A stretch of DNA of 63,327 bases, the filler included, from Vannella sp. (lineage: Eukaryota), in NCBI GenBank assembly GCA_023345925.1. It is 8 parts of 8 records of this genome, joined end to end, with 100 filler letters (N's around TTAATTAATTAA, not from the genome) between each part and the next. Parts side by side here need not be neighbours in the genome. Positions count along the whole stretch, not along the records: positions 43,674 to 54,021 come from JAJQQN010001256.1; positions 54,122 to 63,327 come from JAJQQN010000654.1; 6 more parts are not named here. One strand, written 5' to 3'. The translations under genes and the position numbers were made by a program. Positions 46,094 to 58,368 of the stretch are shown in pieces; the stretch's first letter is position 1, and each line of letters opens with the position of its first letter. Below the pieces are notes generated by a model that made no database searches, had not been told where the DNA came from, and was given only the letters and a program-made list of their open reading frames with translations.

Positions 46094-46768
46094 ACAAAAT
46101 GAAGCCCTCTATCCAGCACAGGTCCACAAAGCAACCAAAACGGCATCCAACAGGAACATCCTTCAGCTAACCGGTCACGTGACCAAGAGTCCTCTTCTCT
46201 GTTGGAGGCAATGAAATGCTGTTTTCTTCTGAATTATAACACAAAGTATCATTTTATTATGGCGTTGAAGAGAGAGGAGGTTGGTGGGAGGGCGAGGACT
46301 GGAGTGGGAGCTGATGGGAAGGGGATAGACGTGTCCGATGCTTGTTCGGGTGTTCTACACGTTGGGACCCAAGGATTTGAGACCGGAAGACTTCACGCGC
46401 GGAGAGGGGAGCTTGCCAAAGACGGAGATCCAGATTCACACGTGGTAGGGATCAAGGTCTCTCTGCTGTCCTTCGCTCTCCTCACTGTTCAGTAGGCTCG
46501 ATGCAACGTTACCAGAGATCACCGCTTTACTCAAACAGCATGAAGCGGAAGTCCCTGCTTTTGGCCGCCAGCTCGCCCGCTTCTCCTTCGCCACCATCTC
46601 GCCTCAGAAGAACTCCTCTCTCGTCAACCAGAAGCCCATTGGCTCTATCCGCTCTCTTGGCATGACCTCACCACAAGATCGCACTCTCCAGGAACTAGGC
46701 TTCGAGCCAGGAGACTTCCTTTCCGTGACAGTGTCTTAAGCAATACAACCTTCTCACTAAACGGGTCT

Positions 46769-49689
46769 CTATTCAACCGTAAGAGGCTCCTGAGGAGGAA
46801 TCTCCAAGTCAAACACGTTGGAGAGCCGGTCTTGGTAGATAAGATACTGAATGGCTGGTTCCACGCCAATCCGCCGAGCCAGATCGTCCTCAGTAAGTGA
46901 CAAGTCCACTAATTGTTCGGAAATAGCTTCCACACTTTCGCCCAAGCTGTAGTGCCGTAACACGTATGCGGCAAACTGTTGGATCTTCAATGGATCGTTG
47001 GACTTGAAGATAATTCCTCTTTGGGAGTGAATCTTAAAAATACTGTTTCAGCAACTTGTTAGCCATGTTTGGAGCTCAATGGATTGAGAGAACGCACCAA
47101 GTGATTGATTCGATTGCTAAAGTCAGGTTCCGTAAGTCTAAGCTATCGTTCTCTGAGACTACTTTGAGGCACACTGTGAAGGCGATGATTAGTAGGGATT
47201 GCATCTGGTATTTCACTTACAGCGGATGCGTTCATGGTAGTTACCGTGGACTATCTTTGAAAGACAAGGTGCAATATCGACCAGGTCAACCATCTTGTCG
47301 TTGTCCTTGTCCAGTGTAACAAACATTCTCTCCACAAAGCTTTCGTGATCTCGCCAGTAGGGAGCGTAGATATTCAAAAGCTTCTTAAAGTGAATCAAAG
47401 TCATGTAGTTGGTGTCCGATGCACTAGGAGGGAAGAGGGAACGGAAGTGACCGTAAAGCTTCTCTAATTCTTCCTCCGAGAACTTGGTCTGGCCAGATAA
47501 CTCACGCAACAGTGATCGCTTCGCCCGATGTTGGACGCTTTGCATAGCAGAAAATTGTGCATTGGTACGAAGGCGATGAATCTCTGAGTCATCAATGCAA
47601 TTCGCGTAATCAAAGAACATTAGACGGAGCACTTCGTCGAACTTCTCAGACCAAGTCCTCTCTTTCCAGAGGTTAAAAATGTCTTCTAATCGGGTTCCTT
47701 GCAAGATGTCTTCCTTGCAAAGATGGAACATCGCTAACGATGCCTGGAAAATAGATTTGAGGCCAATGCAGAAGATACAATCCAAAACTCTGAGCTCCTG
47801 TTGCATGGGAATGTGCCCAATAAAAAGGCAAAGTAACCAGGGTTGGCAGACCACTGAAGTAGGGAACTCGATATCCGCAAGGTGCTTGTGAACATCTGGT
47901 AAATGCTCCTTCATAATCACTTCAAGGACTGTAACATCCACAGAACTCCCAATCATCGCTCGATTGTAGTAATGAGGTAGTAGCTCTTCACAAATAGTAG
48001 CTAACATCCAGAAACAGTCTTCTTCTCCCATGTAAAGGAGAAGTAGCGCACAGACAATATTCATCGACTGGCAGTAGCCAATCGAAGGATTATGGAAGCT
48101 ATACGCAACCAACACATTACGAAGAGCACTTATTCCCTCAGCTGTCTGATAATACGGATGCTCTGGGAAAGAGCGATGCAAATCTTTCTCTAATACCCAA
48201 CAAGTCAGTCAATGACCATTCTTAAATTCCAGGATAACTCACCAATATCATCTATCGCACCCGTCCTCTCGTTGGCATGGGTGTCTAGTAACGATTGAAA
48301 GTATCTCGGATGACCGGCGCATTTGAACATGGCACCAGAGCCGTAGAGCCAAATCTTTCCACGGAAGAGATCAGGAACACCGCGCTTGCAGATCTCTGCA
48401 AAGTCTTCTGTTCGTAACATGACTACTCCACTTCCATTGAGTGCTAGATAACGCTGCCAAAGCTGCTGCTGGCGAGTCTGCTGAGTGAGATAGGAAGCTG
48501 AAAACCAGGCTCGATCCTTCAAGAGTGAGCCCCAAATCTTCTTGGAGTTCGTTCTCTGTTCAGAATCAGAGAAACACAGGCGAGGAGACTGTCCTTCAAG
48601 AGTTGGTAGAGGTGCTGTGGGCGCTGAGGTAGAAGGAATTGGCAAAAGTGCCAGATTCCGTTGAATGCAGAACTTCCAAAGCTGCCAGACCGCTTGAAAG
48701 TGCTTGTCACGTTGCGGCAGAGAAAAAAGAAACTCTTTAGGAGAGAATAAAGTACTTGTGGCCACACGAAAGCGGTTCCCGACCATTCCAAAAAGAGAAT
48801 TCTCTTTCTCCATGTTCGTTATTTCATTCAGAGGAACCACAAAGACCACGCTCAGCACTTGTTCGCGTGCATAGAAGCATAAGAAGTTGGCTGACAAGTA
48901 GAGCTCTCCCTCACAGTAGTAATCCCGCCGATAATACGAACATTCTGTGGGATAGCCCTCCATCAGCCGCTCTGAAGCGGGCAGGCAGAAGCGCTGTCGG
49001 TATTCATCTGTTCTTTGGTCGTTTAGGATCTTCTTTGCGACACCGCTACTGCCAAAGACCTTGATCAGCTCGTGGCTGTCCTTCGTTTGGACGGCAACTC
49101 GTTTGCTTCGCCCGTCCGCGTCGAGATCAGCTCGTCGCTTGTCCATAACACTTTCTTCACGGTTAGAGTGTGATAGAGGATCAAGGAGCTTCGACTTGGC
49201 GCTTGTATGAAGCTCTACGTCGAGATGTTGCTGCGCAAGACTGAGTTGCTGCTTCCAAAGTCCCTCCATCATTCGGAAGGCTTCGTCGCCTCGGTTCCAC
49301 CCTACAAAGAGGCTAAACCACCACTGGAAGTGCTCTGTTTGTATCTGAATGCAGAAGGCCACCGCAGAGCGGTCGATCATGAGCTTCATCACTTGGGGGA
49401 AGGGAATGATCTGCTGCTGGTCAATGAGGGCACTCTCAAAGCATACGAAGTTCTGAGAGATGAAAATGGTACCAGGGCAGTACACCTTCTTGAACCACAT
49501 GCTGCACGAGTAGCCTACTCAAAGTAAGCGCGATTCTCATGAAGGAAGATCCTCCCCAACAACCAGGCGAGGAAGGGACCCACTTTGTATCATTATCTCC
49601 TCAGATGGCAGGCCAAAGCGTACATGATACTCGATTGCCTCCGATTGACGAGGGGACAACGCCAGGTCCGTGTCTGTGTCGGAGAGCAT
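46769..49689 (-). CDS. GRAM-GRAM-TBC-EF-hand RabGAP (TBC1D8/9-like), multi-exon
   Basis: Two GRAM starts RFGLPSEE and RFCLPASE; GVPDLFRGKIW, DLHRSFPEH, GYCQSMN; EF-like LDKDNDKMVD. Confidence 0.88.
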
Positions 49690-50126
49690 TCCCTTCCACA
49701 AAGCGGTGGCAAAAATGACTGGTTACAAAAATTAAATAGATTCTCATGCAACCACATGCAGACTGTGTGTTCGAAGTGTTTTATCGCCATAATTACACCA
49801 TGATTGCGATCTTTCGGATCCGATCTCCATCGAAATGATCGCCGATCCAGGTCTCGATCCAGGAGCATTCCAGAATCGCTGTTTTCTTGAAAGTGGGTTG
49901 ATCATGCAACTGACATGTCGGTGCGATTGGTCTGCTGAGATTCGACCCGCAGTAGTCCCGCAGTGCAATGAAAGTTGCTGATCCCTTCAGCCTTTGGCAG
50001 AGATTTTCGCTCGAAGTGGCTTTTGGGCTGAAAAATGGAGGCAAAAAGTGAACCTGTTGACTGGTTGAGAGAGTTGATGTGCATCTGCTTGGGATAAGAG
50101 AGCCGCGCTGGGAGATCATTCACACA

Positions 50127-50906
50127 ATGGAAGCCCTCACACACTACACCTTCTCCCACTCAAACATTCTCGGCAACGGAGCCGACGGCCAAGTCGTCTC
50201 CGCTCAGACCCTTCAAGGATGCGACGTCGCCATCAAGTTCCTCTCCATCGAATCAGAGATCAGCAGAGAGCTCTTCCAAGCGGAAGCACACTTCTCCCGT
50301 GTGTTGTCGCGCTCTGTCGGACTTCCTGTTCATGATGTTGTCATCACCCCCGACCTCACCGGCGCAATCGTCTACGACAGGGCTCAAGGGGATCTTCTGG
50401 ACCTTCTGGAAGGCACTCCTGAAGGCCACTTCTCCGTCCCAGCAGCCGCTTCTCTCTTCAAGGAGCTGTGTGTGCTGGTGAAGCGCATGCACGCCAGGCA
50501 AATCGCCCACTTGGACCTCAAGCCAGAGAACGTTCTCATTGACACCAAAGGCCGCCTGCGCCTTTGCGACTTTGCACGAGCCCATCAATGGACGTCCTCA
50601 CCGCGACAATACGACGGGATCTTCAGCTGTGTCGCCACAAAGGAGTACTCCAGCCCCGAGCGATTCTTCGACCAAGACTTTGATGTGGCAGCAGCCGATA
50701 TCTTCAGCCTGGGCGTGACCCTCCACGTGCTGCTGACAGGATGCTTTCCCAAGAGTGATGCTCCTCTGGACATGTCCTTTATCAAAGGCATCGACCGAAG
50801 CTGTCTGCAACTTGTGTCTTGGATGCTTCACGAAGATCCTTGCGCTCGTCCTTCCATCAAACAGGTTCTCAGCCACTCATGGCTGTCCACTAAACATGTA
50901 AATTAA
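50127..50906 (+). CDS. Intronless minimal Ser/Thr protein kinase
   Basis: GNGADG, VAIK, HLDLKPEN, DFA (for DFG), YSSPE, DIFSLG, RPS. Confidence 0.9.
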   Translation: MEALTHYTFSHSNILGNGADGQVVSAQTLQGCDVAIKFLSIESEISRELFQAEAHFSRVLSRSVGLPVHDVVITPDLTGAIVYDRAQGDLLDLLEGTPEGHFSVPAAASLFKELCVLVKRMHARQIAHLDLKPENVLIDTKGRLRLCDFARAHQWTSSPRQYDGIFSCVATKEYSSPERFFDQDFDVAAADIFSLGVTLHVLLTGCFPKSDAPLDMSFIKGIDRSCLQLVSWMLHEDPCARPSIKQVLSHSWLSTKHVN

Positions 50907-51139
50907 TGATATTAGTAGCCGTCGCATCCTTTTTCTGATGGTCGTACCGGCGAGAGTGAGCGACGATACCTTCGAGATGCCCGTACGTTAGCTCCTTAGC
51001 TCCTCTTTGATGGCTCTGCTGAGATCAAACTACTCTTTTATTGAAAATAGAAGAGACGGCTGGGTTTGAAGGAGACACTCTTTGTTTACGAGTCTTGTCG
51101 GAAAGCTCAGAGATTGGTTTGGTGGTACCATGAGAGCTC

Positions 51140-51713
51140 CAACTCCTTTGAGTTCTTTCTCTATTTGATAATGTTTCCAGCGTAAGTAGATTCAATAACT
51201 AACACGGAGAGGGCAACCAATACTAAGGCGCCACCAACCATCCGAAGAGAGATCCACGCTAAAGTGTCATCCTTGCCGGCAAGGATTTCTCCTATTGCCC
51301 CCAGTTAGAAGAAGCGCAAAGTTAGTGAGGTGATCGGTTTGACCGCAAAGAAGAGTATCTCTTTGACTCCGCTGATGGGTGCGTCGTAGTAGCTCAGACA
51401 CATCCGATCTCCCTTCTTTGTGCTGTTAGAGCTCGCCAGATGGACCACTGCGGAAGAGTCCCGTTGATCTGGTTCTTTAACAGGGCTCTGCCTCCAATCG
51501 ATGAGTGACCTTCTAAACTGTCGTGCCTGGATTCGCCCGATACCTTTAAGAGTGGAAGTTTCAGATCTGAAGCGAACCAGTCAGGTGGTGTGATTGTTGA
51601 TCCAGAAAGGGCCTCCAGTAGCATTATAAAGTGTGAGAAGACTTGCAACTGGGACGGAGGAAGGACACAAGCAACAGATTAGCCAGGGGCAGAAGCAGCC
51701 CTCTCAATCTCAT
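51140..51713 (-). pseudogene. Collapsed pseudogene of a signal peptide - LRR - GPS - single TM protein
   Basis: Fragments in mixed frames: MRLRGLLLPL, LYNATGGPFWINN (LRR N-cap), NQINGTLP (LRR), LLCGQTDHLTNFALLL (GPS), DTLAWISL..VGGALVLVALSVLVIE, RWKH. Confidence 0.8.
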
Positions 51714-53780
51714 CAGGAGAAGAGAGAGAAACTACGGTTCTCTCAACTTGTTGTTGAATGTGGCGGATCTTACAGATGCTAGGGGTTCATCTCGCTCAAG
51801 AGAATTCGAATAACCATGTACATACGTGGTTCATTCGCCTGGCCATCCTTCCCGTGCCTGGGCAAACTCTCGAGCAGCTCCCGAATAGTGCTTCTGTGAT
51901 GATGGTATGTACTCACCCTGGGTGTGCATGAAACCCGTCTTCAGAGCCTATGCGGAGCTCTGGAGGAAGCTGAGGAGGGGGACAAGTTCTCTCGAGATGT
52001 CCCCTTGCATCACCTTGCTACACTCATCAAGATCAAGCGCCACTAGAGGGGAACCTTGAGAGCACTCAAGATATCCCGAGAGGGTTTGATCCCAAAGAGA
52101 GGAGGAAGTCTGTCCCCCCTTGAGAGAACTCAAGAGGGATGGCTCGAGAGGGCTTGATTCCAATAAATGGAGGATTGAAGAGGGTCTGAGAGTTCACAAT
52201 AGCGGATACGCTTATTTTCAACGTGCGTGTACACTTGTTTAGCTCCTTCTGGAACGGATGATGAGCTTCACGCGAGCTGATGGGCAGATGCAGGTTGTGC
52301 GGGTTCCGCTTTCTCACCCTCTCCATAGAACAACCAAAGTTCAATAGGAATACACCAACATAAATCATAAAGATAGCAAGCCAACTTGATCCCTTCAGAG
52401 ATCTGCTCTCAGTAGCTGATGAGTCTTTCCAACCTCGTGAAGAACTCATCATCCTTCTCAGCAGTGGAAACAGCTCATCAAGCGTACATGGAAGTTTGAT
52501 ACAAACGTTTGTTGCCCCTCTTCGGTCCGTTCTATGAGGGGTAGTAGAGGATGAGGGAAAGTCGCCCCAAAGGTTTGTTGAGTGCTCTCTTAGAGATTGA
52601 GGCTTTCGACATCGGATCGAGTTGCTTACGACCTCCTCTCGAGGTAGTACAGCTTGCTCCTATCCCGACCAACACGTTCGGCAATGAAAACAGAAACAAT
52701 GATTATTAAAACAGAAACAGTGATTAAATGGTTATCAAATTGAATTTCAACACCATTTCTTTTGATCGTGCTATGGGAGACTGCCTTTCGCAAAAGAGCT
52801 TGTGCACGAGGAAAAGGACCAGCAAACGGCTCAACTGACTCTCAAGAAGAAGAATCTCTGCTCCGGAGGAAACGAAAAGTTAGAGAAGAGTTTGTGGAAG
52901 CAAAAGAGGGGACAAGGACCAGCAACGGCTCAACTTCCTCCGCTTGTTTGAACCCCTCGAACACTCCTTCTCTGTCGCTCGCATCTTCTTCAAATAAAGC
53001 TTTTGAAGAATGGATTCACCTGTTTGTGACGAAAGCAAAGGGCGAAGTCCTTGGATGCGGCATCAAAGGTCTCCCTTTTGATGTTACTGATCGTTATCGT
53101 TATCCGCATCATGGCTGACCCCTAGCTAGTACTGAAAGAGAGTAGAGCCCAAAGTGAGCACTGATGGAAGCGAATTGGCAGAGATCAATCTCTCCGTTGA
53201 GTGTTGAGAAGAAGGATCGATCCTGACCTTGCAGTCATCAGCCGTATCACTCGAAGTGGGGATTTGGCCTCCTCCTTTGTCTTCTCTCGTATCTCACGAG
53301 GCTGATGGCTCATGCAGTGACCTATTGAACTGTTGCAAACTTGTAGAGGCGTGCTTCATTGGTCATGCCATTCTTTTTGTTCACGAGAAGCGTGTTGGTA
53401 CAAAGAACTCCTCTCTCCTCTTCTTTGGAGGTGGTCAAGGAGATGGAGGAAATACTTCTCCCTGACAAGCAGTGTTCCTTATCCCTCTTTCTTGTGGAAC
53501 GGCTCCTCGAGGATCCTCTTCAATTACGCTTCCCTCGTCTGGAACCGGCAGCATTCACAGAACCAGAAGGGCTCCTGGTTCTCGTCGCCTACCTTACTGA
53601 CATCAAATGCAGGCTCTCTGCGAGGAGCGCGGAGCCCAGGCGGCCGTGAACAATGACTTTTCCTGTTAGCCCCTTTTGAGCCCGTTTTTGGAAGTTCCGC
53701 ACGCTTACTTTCCTCTGCAATGGTGTCCTGCCCGCTTTTCAAAGCCACATTCCCATTCTTTTGGTCCCTCTTCCCTTTCG

Positions 53781-53873
53781 ATGGGCTGGGGGGAACACTG
53801 GAGGGCCATCGCATCTTGCCAGTTGGCAGCTGTTAGGGCGTTTGTAGAAGCTCATCCTGACTGGCTCAATCAG
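53781..53873 (+). CDS. Possible first exon of a gene (ankyrin-like start), truncated by the contig end
   Basis: MGWGEHWRAIASCQLAAVRAFVEAHPDWLNQ followed by donor GTGCGT. Confidence 0.4.
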
Positions 53874-54121
53874 GTGCGTTGCGGCTTCAGACGGAGAAGG
53901 AGAAGGAAGAAAAGAAGAAATGAAGGAGAGGAGAACTCACCATAATGGGGATGCTTTTAGAGAGTAAGTGACTGATCCATCAGCCCCTCTCATTCCTTTT
54001 GATGTCTGCTTCCCTCTCTTTNNNNNNNNNNNNNNNNNNNNNNNNNNNNNNNNNNNNNNNNNNNNTTAATTAATTAANNNNNNNNNNNNNNNNNNNNNNN
54101 NNNNNNNNNNNNNNNNNNNNN

Positions 54122-55459
54122 CAGACCTTCTCGCTCAGCGAGCCAATTCTTACATCAGACGGTTCTTTTGTGATTCATGACCTTGATTATGATTCAGAGA
54201 CATCTCTCTTCTCCGTGGTTGGTACCCAAAATGCCGCAGATACTGTAATCAAATCCAGTGGTGAACCCATCCAGAAGAAGAGCTTCCACCTTCAGTTCTC
54301 TTTCGACTTTGCCTCTTTGACTTCAAAAGTCAATTCCCCGGTATCTTATGGCAAGAAGATTCCTCTCTTTGTGTCCAAAGGTGTTGCCCTTCTCAGTGAA
54401 GACCACGAGTTGTCTTTCAGGAATGGGGACAAGCAGTACAAATTAAGTGGAATGGAGGTCTCTTCTTTCATTGTCACTGGAGACCAAGTGTTTATTGGAG
54501 GCTCTTCCTCTTCAAAAGTCATGATTGATGACTTGCCTCTGTGCCCCGCTCCGACTAGCAAGAACCTGGCCACTAGCATTGTTATTGACTTGAAAGGAGA
54601 CTCCCAAAAGTGTGAACAAGGTGATAGCGAATCTTACTTCGTCGACCAGAAGATAACACAGGTCGGGGAGAGTAAAATGCTGGTCTCCTTGGGGTATTTT
54701 ACTTCAACTGAAGGCGTATCACAACTCGCAGGCTGCTGTATCCCCAGCTATGGACCAAATGCTACATTCCTGATGCTTCAGGACTCTGGAACATTGCTTT
54801 GCAGAGGATTTACTCTTTGGGACAAACAGGATGGCATGGAATATGCTCACGGCTTGAAAATTGCAGTCAAGATCATGAGCAATGATGTCGTTGTGGCAGC
54901 AAACTATCCCTTTCAGGTGCCTTCCTTTGGCCAACATGTCCTCTTACCTGTTATGCCTGTGAACGTCAAGGAAAACATTACGCAATTGTGCATAAGTGAA
55001 GTTACATCAACCTCTTCACCTTCCGATGCAGTATCCCCTTCTGATTCTCCTTCGCCTTCTCGGTCTGGATCTGTGGGCGAGGATCCCTCTTCATATTCTC
55101 CTTCATCTTCTCCCTCTCTCTCTGAACCATCTTCAGGAGCATCAGAGACCAGCAGTCCTTCACAAAATATGTACGGAGAAGACGAAGGACACCGCTCTGC
55201 CAGTCAGATCTTACACGGAGCCCCGAACTCAACCCACTCTACAGTCATCATTCTCCACCCCGATGAGGAAGACTTTGGAGAGTCTTCCAACGCTTCCTGG
55301 GCAACAATGATCTTCATCATTGCCGCAGCTGGTCTAGTGGCTATCGTTGTCAGTGTTTTGATCTACAAAAAGCGAAACCATCTCGTTTCTCCAAACACTG
55401 CCGCCCCTCCTCCCCAACCTCTCAATCGCTTCTCTCGCCTCGAAGAAGAATACGCATAA
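54122..55459 (+). CDS. 5'-partial single-pass surface protein: beta-rich ectodomain, Ser/Pro stalk, TM, short tail
   Basis: Long ORF open from the gap; WATMIFIIAAAGLVAIVVSVLIY-KKRN; tail NRFSRLEEEYA. Confidence 0.75.
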   Translation, partial: QTFSLSEPILTSDGSFVIHDLDYDSETSLFSVVGTQNAADTVIKSSGEPIQKKSFHLQFSFDFASLTSKVNSPVSYGKKIPLFVSKGVALLSEDHELSFRNGDKQYKLSGMEVSSFIVTGDQVFIGGSSSSKVMIDDLPLCPAPTSKNLATSIVIDLKGDSQKCEQGDSESYFVDQKITQVGESKMLVSLGYFTSTEGVSQLAGCCIPSYGPNATFLMLQDSGTLLCRGFTLWDKQDGMEYAHGLKIAVKIMSNDVVVAANYPFQVPSFGQHVLLPVMPVNVKENITQLCISEVTSTSSPSDAVSPSDSPSPSRSGSVGEDPSSYSPSSSPSLSEPSSGASETSSPSQNMYGEDEGHRSASQILHGAPNSTHSTVIILHPDEEDFGESSNASWATMIFIIAAAGLVAIVVSVLIYKKRNHLVSPNTAAPPPQPLNRFSRLEEEYA

Positions 55460-55848
55460 AGCCATTCCACTCCTCCCCTCTACCCAAACCATCGCACTGG
55501 TCCCAACGCGTCACTCACATGAACCGAACCTGCATCATCAGTAATCACGTCCCTTTCTGCTGAGATTGGTCGAAAAGCTCTTTCTCTACAAATCCGTATG
55601 ACGCGGACTGCCTTCCTTTCTTCCGTCGTCAAAAGTCTCTACTAAGTCACCGAAACGCCTCCATCTCTAGTTTTCGCATGAGGGAGAAGTCTAATACCTT
55701 GTTTAGAGAGCACATAATCCCCTCAGAACACAGAAAGGACAAGATAAAGCCGATTGGGCTTGCAAAAGAGGGAGAGGTCATCCTCGCCTTCTGATTGGTC
55801 GGTGCAGGGGAAGGCTGATGACCGTTGATTCGGACTTTTCATTGTTTG

Positions 55849-58328
55849 ATGGCCCGGCGTACCCAAAGAGAGGGTTCCGTGGACTCCATGGGGTCGCTGG
55901 TGGAAGGCGAAACGATGGAATACCGGCGCAATGACTCGGAGAGCTCAGGAGCGGAGGTCTCGGGGGTTTTAACGGAAGAGAGCCGGCTTGCTGCCCCGTT
56001 GGACTCTCCGCAGGAGGATGACCCAACGACCATGATGGCGAAGAAGGATCTCCTTGTGGCTCTCCTCTCTAAAGACCTGGAAGGCGCTGCGCTTCTCATG
56101 GAGAAGGTCAAAACCTTAACCAACCGTTCCCTCAATTATCGCATCGAAGGGACCACCAAAGAGACTCTGCTGCATAAGAGTGTTACCCAAGGACTTCCTC
56201 CAACTATTCTACAACTTCTCTTGGACAATGGAGCCCGTGTTGACGCAAGGGACGTCAACAAAGCCTCCCCGTTGCATTACGCTGCGCTCCACGGCTTTAC
56301 AGAGCTCGTAGAGTACTTGTTAGTTCAAAAGGCTAACCCCATGCTAAAGGATAAGCACAATCAGACCGCTCTTCACAAGGCAGCGACTGGCGGTCATCCG
56401 GACGCTATCGAAGTGCTCCTCAGCCACTCAGCCCTCATCAACCACCAAGACACGATGGGAAACTCTGCTCTTCACCTTGCCGCTAAGAATGAACGAGCTG
56501 AGGCCGTGGAGTGCCTCGTACGGCGTGGCGCCGACATGCTTCGAACAACCCGAGAGGGTTTACGTCCTGTTGATTGCCTTCCCGAAGCCCCAGGCCTGAG
56601 TAAGAAGGGCGCCAAGTACTCGTTCTCGCCCCAAGCGAAGAGAATCTACAAGTTCCTCAAGCGCAAAGGAGGATGCAAGAAAGTAGCAGCTCCGGTTCCT
56701 GCTCTCGTGCTGGGAGATGGTTCACGTGGACACAGTATAGACCACCGCAATGGTCTTCGATCTCTGACGCATGACTTCCGCGGCACCCCCCGGGAAGAAG
56801 TTCTCGACGAAGTGAGCTTGGAAAGTTCAGAATCTCTGGAAGAGGGCGAAGTGGAGGAGCCATCAGTGGTAGACACAACAACTACGGAAGGTCCTCGACT
56901 AGACAAGCGGGGTTTCCTGATCAAGGAGGGCACCCAATCAGCAACGGAGGAAGAGATTCCAGTTTCGAAGAAGCGGGTGAAGAAGAACGCCGCCAAAGAG
57001 GAGAAGAGAGCTCTGAAGTGGATCAGTCTCTTCTCAGACTGGGACGAGAGCTTCGTAAAGAGCTACGAGCGAATCGTCAAGCTCTGTGACCAAGGAATTC
57101 CCGATAGTGTCCGAGGAGAAGCTTGGAAGCATCTCTCTGGCATCGCTTCGGAGGGCCGAGACGATCAGTTATATCATAATTTACTCAAGCAAGATAAGTG
57201 GGAGATCACCACGAAGATCCAGATTGAGAAAGACATCCACCGGACCATGCCGGGCCACATTCTCTTCCAGGAGAAGGGCCAAGGCCGTGCAATGCTCACT
57301 AACGTGCTGTTGGCATACTCAGCATACAATCCCGAAGTGGGATACTGTCAAGGAATGGGCTTCGCCACAGCAATGTTCCTCATGTATATGACCGAAGAGG
57401 TACGCAATCTCGTCGTTCTTTCAATCAGTGCGATCTCATTGGCTTTAAATAGGATGCTTTTTGGCTGTTGGATGCTTTGTGTGACAATTACGGTCTGGCA
57501 GGGCTTTACAAACCCGGAATGACTCGAGTTCGGCAATGTATGCGCACAATAGGTCCATTGATGAACCAGTTCTGCCCAAAGGTCATCCGAAAGATGGTAG
57601 GTCTTCTATTACTATCCAAACATCACTATACTCACTCATGAGTGGTCCAGGACGAGGTTGGAATCGACTTTAACTCTTTCGTTCCTCAATTCTTTTTGAC
57701 TGGGTTCCTCTATTGCTTTCCCTTTGATATGGTTGTGCGTATCTGGGACAGCTTCTGGTTAAGGCGATTTGATTTCCTCTATTCTGTAACGCTGGGGCTC
57801 TTTAAGATAACCTCGGGTGTCATCCAAACTTTTGACATTGAAATGCTCATGAACTTCTTGCGCTTCAGAGAAGGAACGCGCAAGCTCGACTTTGATATTG
57901 AACAACTCATCGAAGCATCTATTTCTATTTATGAGAAACTGAAACCCGCCCAGCTCAGGGCTTGGGAGAACACAGCGCTCGAAGAGATCCTTTCCAAACG
58001 CAATTTAGTGGTTGGAGAGACTCCCTCTAACACTTTAACTCACTCTGTTACTTCAGGATCCCTTTCCAGAAGCGCCTCTCGTGTTGCCACCCGCCGACGA
58101 CCGATGTCCATGACCCATTGCAATTCGAACCCAGATGTTGTGCGCACCCCCCGACCAGAAGAATCCCCCCTTGCGCTCAAGGCTAGCAAGATGCGCAAGA
58201 CCAGAAAGTCAGCTACAAGCCGAGCTAAGACCTCCTCCAGAAATCATACACCACGGGATAGTACCTCAGCGGAAGAAGACACAGAAAATGCCTCGAGGTT
58301 GCGAGCCAGCGTCGCCCAAACTGGCTGA
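55849..58328 (+). CDS. Ankyrin-repeat plus TBC RabGAP, 2 introns
   Basis: SPLHYAA, TALHKAA, SALHLAA; GIPDSVRGEAW, IEKDIHRT (Arg finger), GYCQGM (Gln finger), VVRIWDSF. Confidence 0.9.
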
Positions 58329-58368
58329 ATAAGCTATTCCAAGAGATACCTCTTTCCTAGAACTGTAT

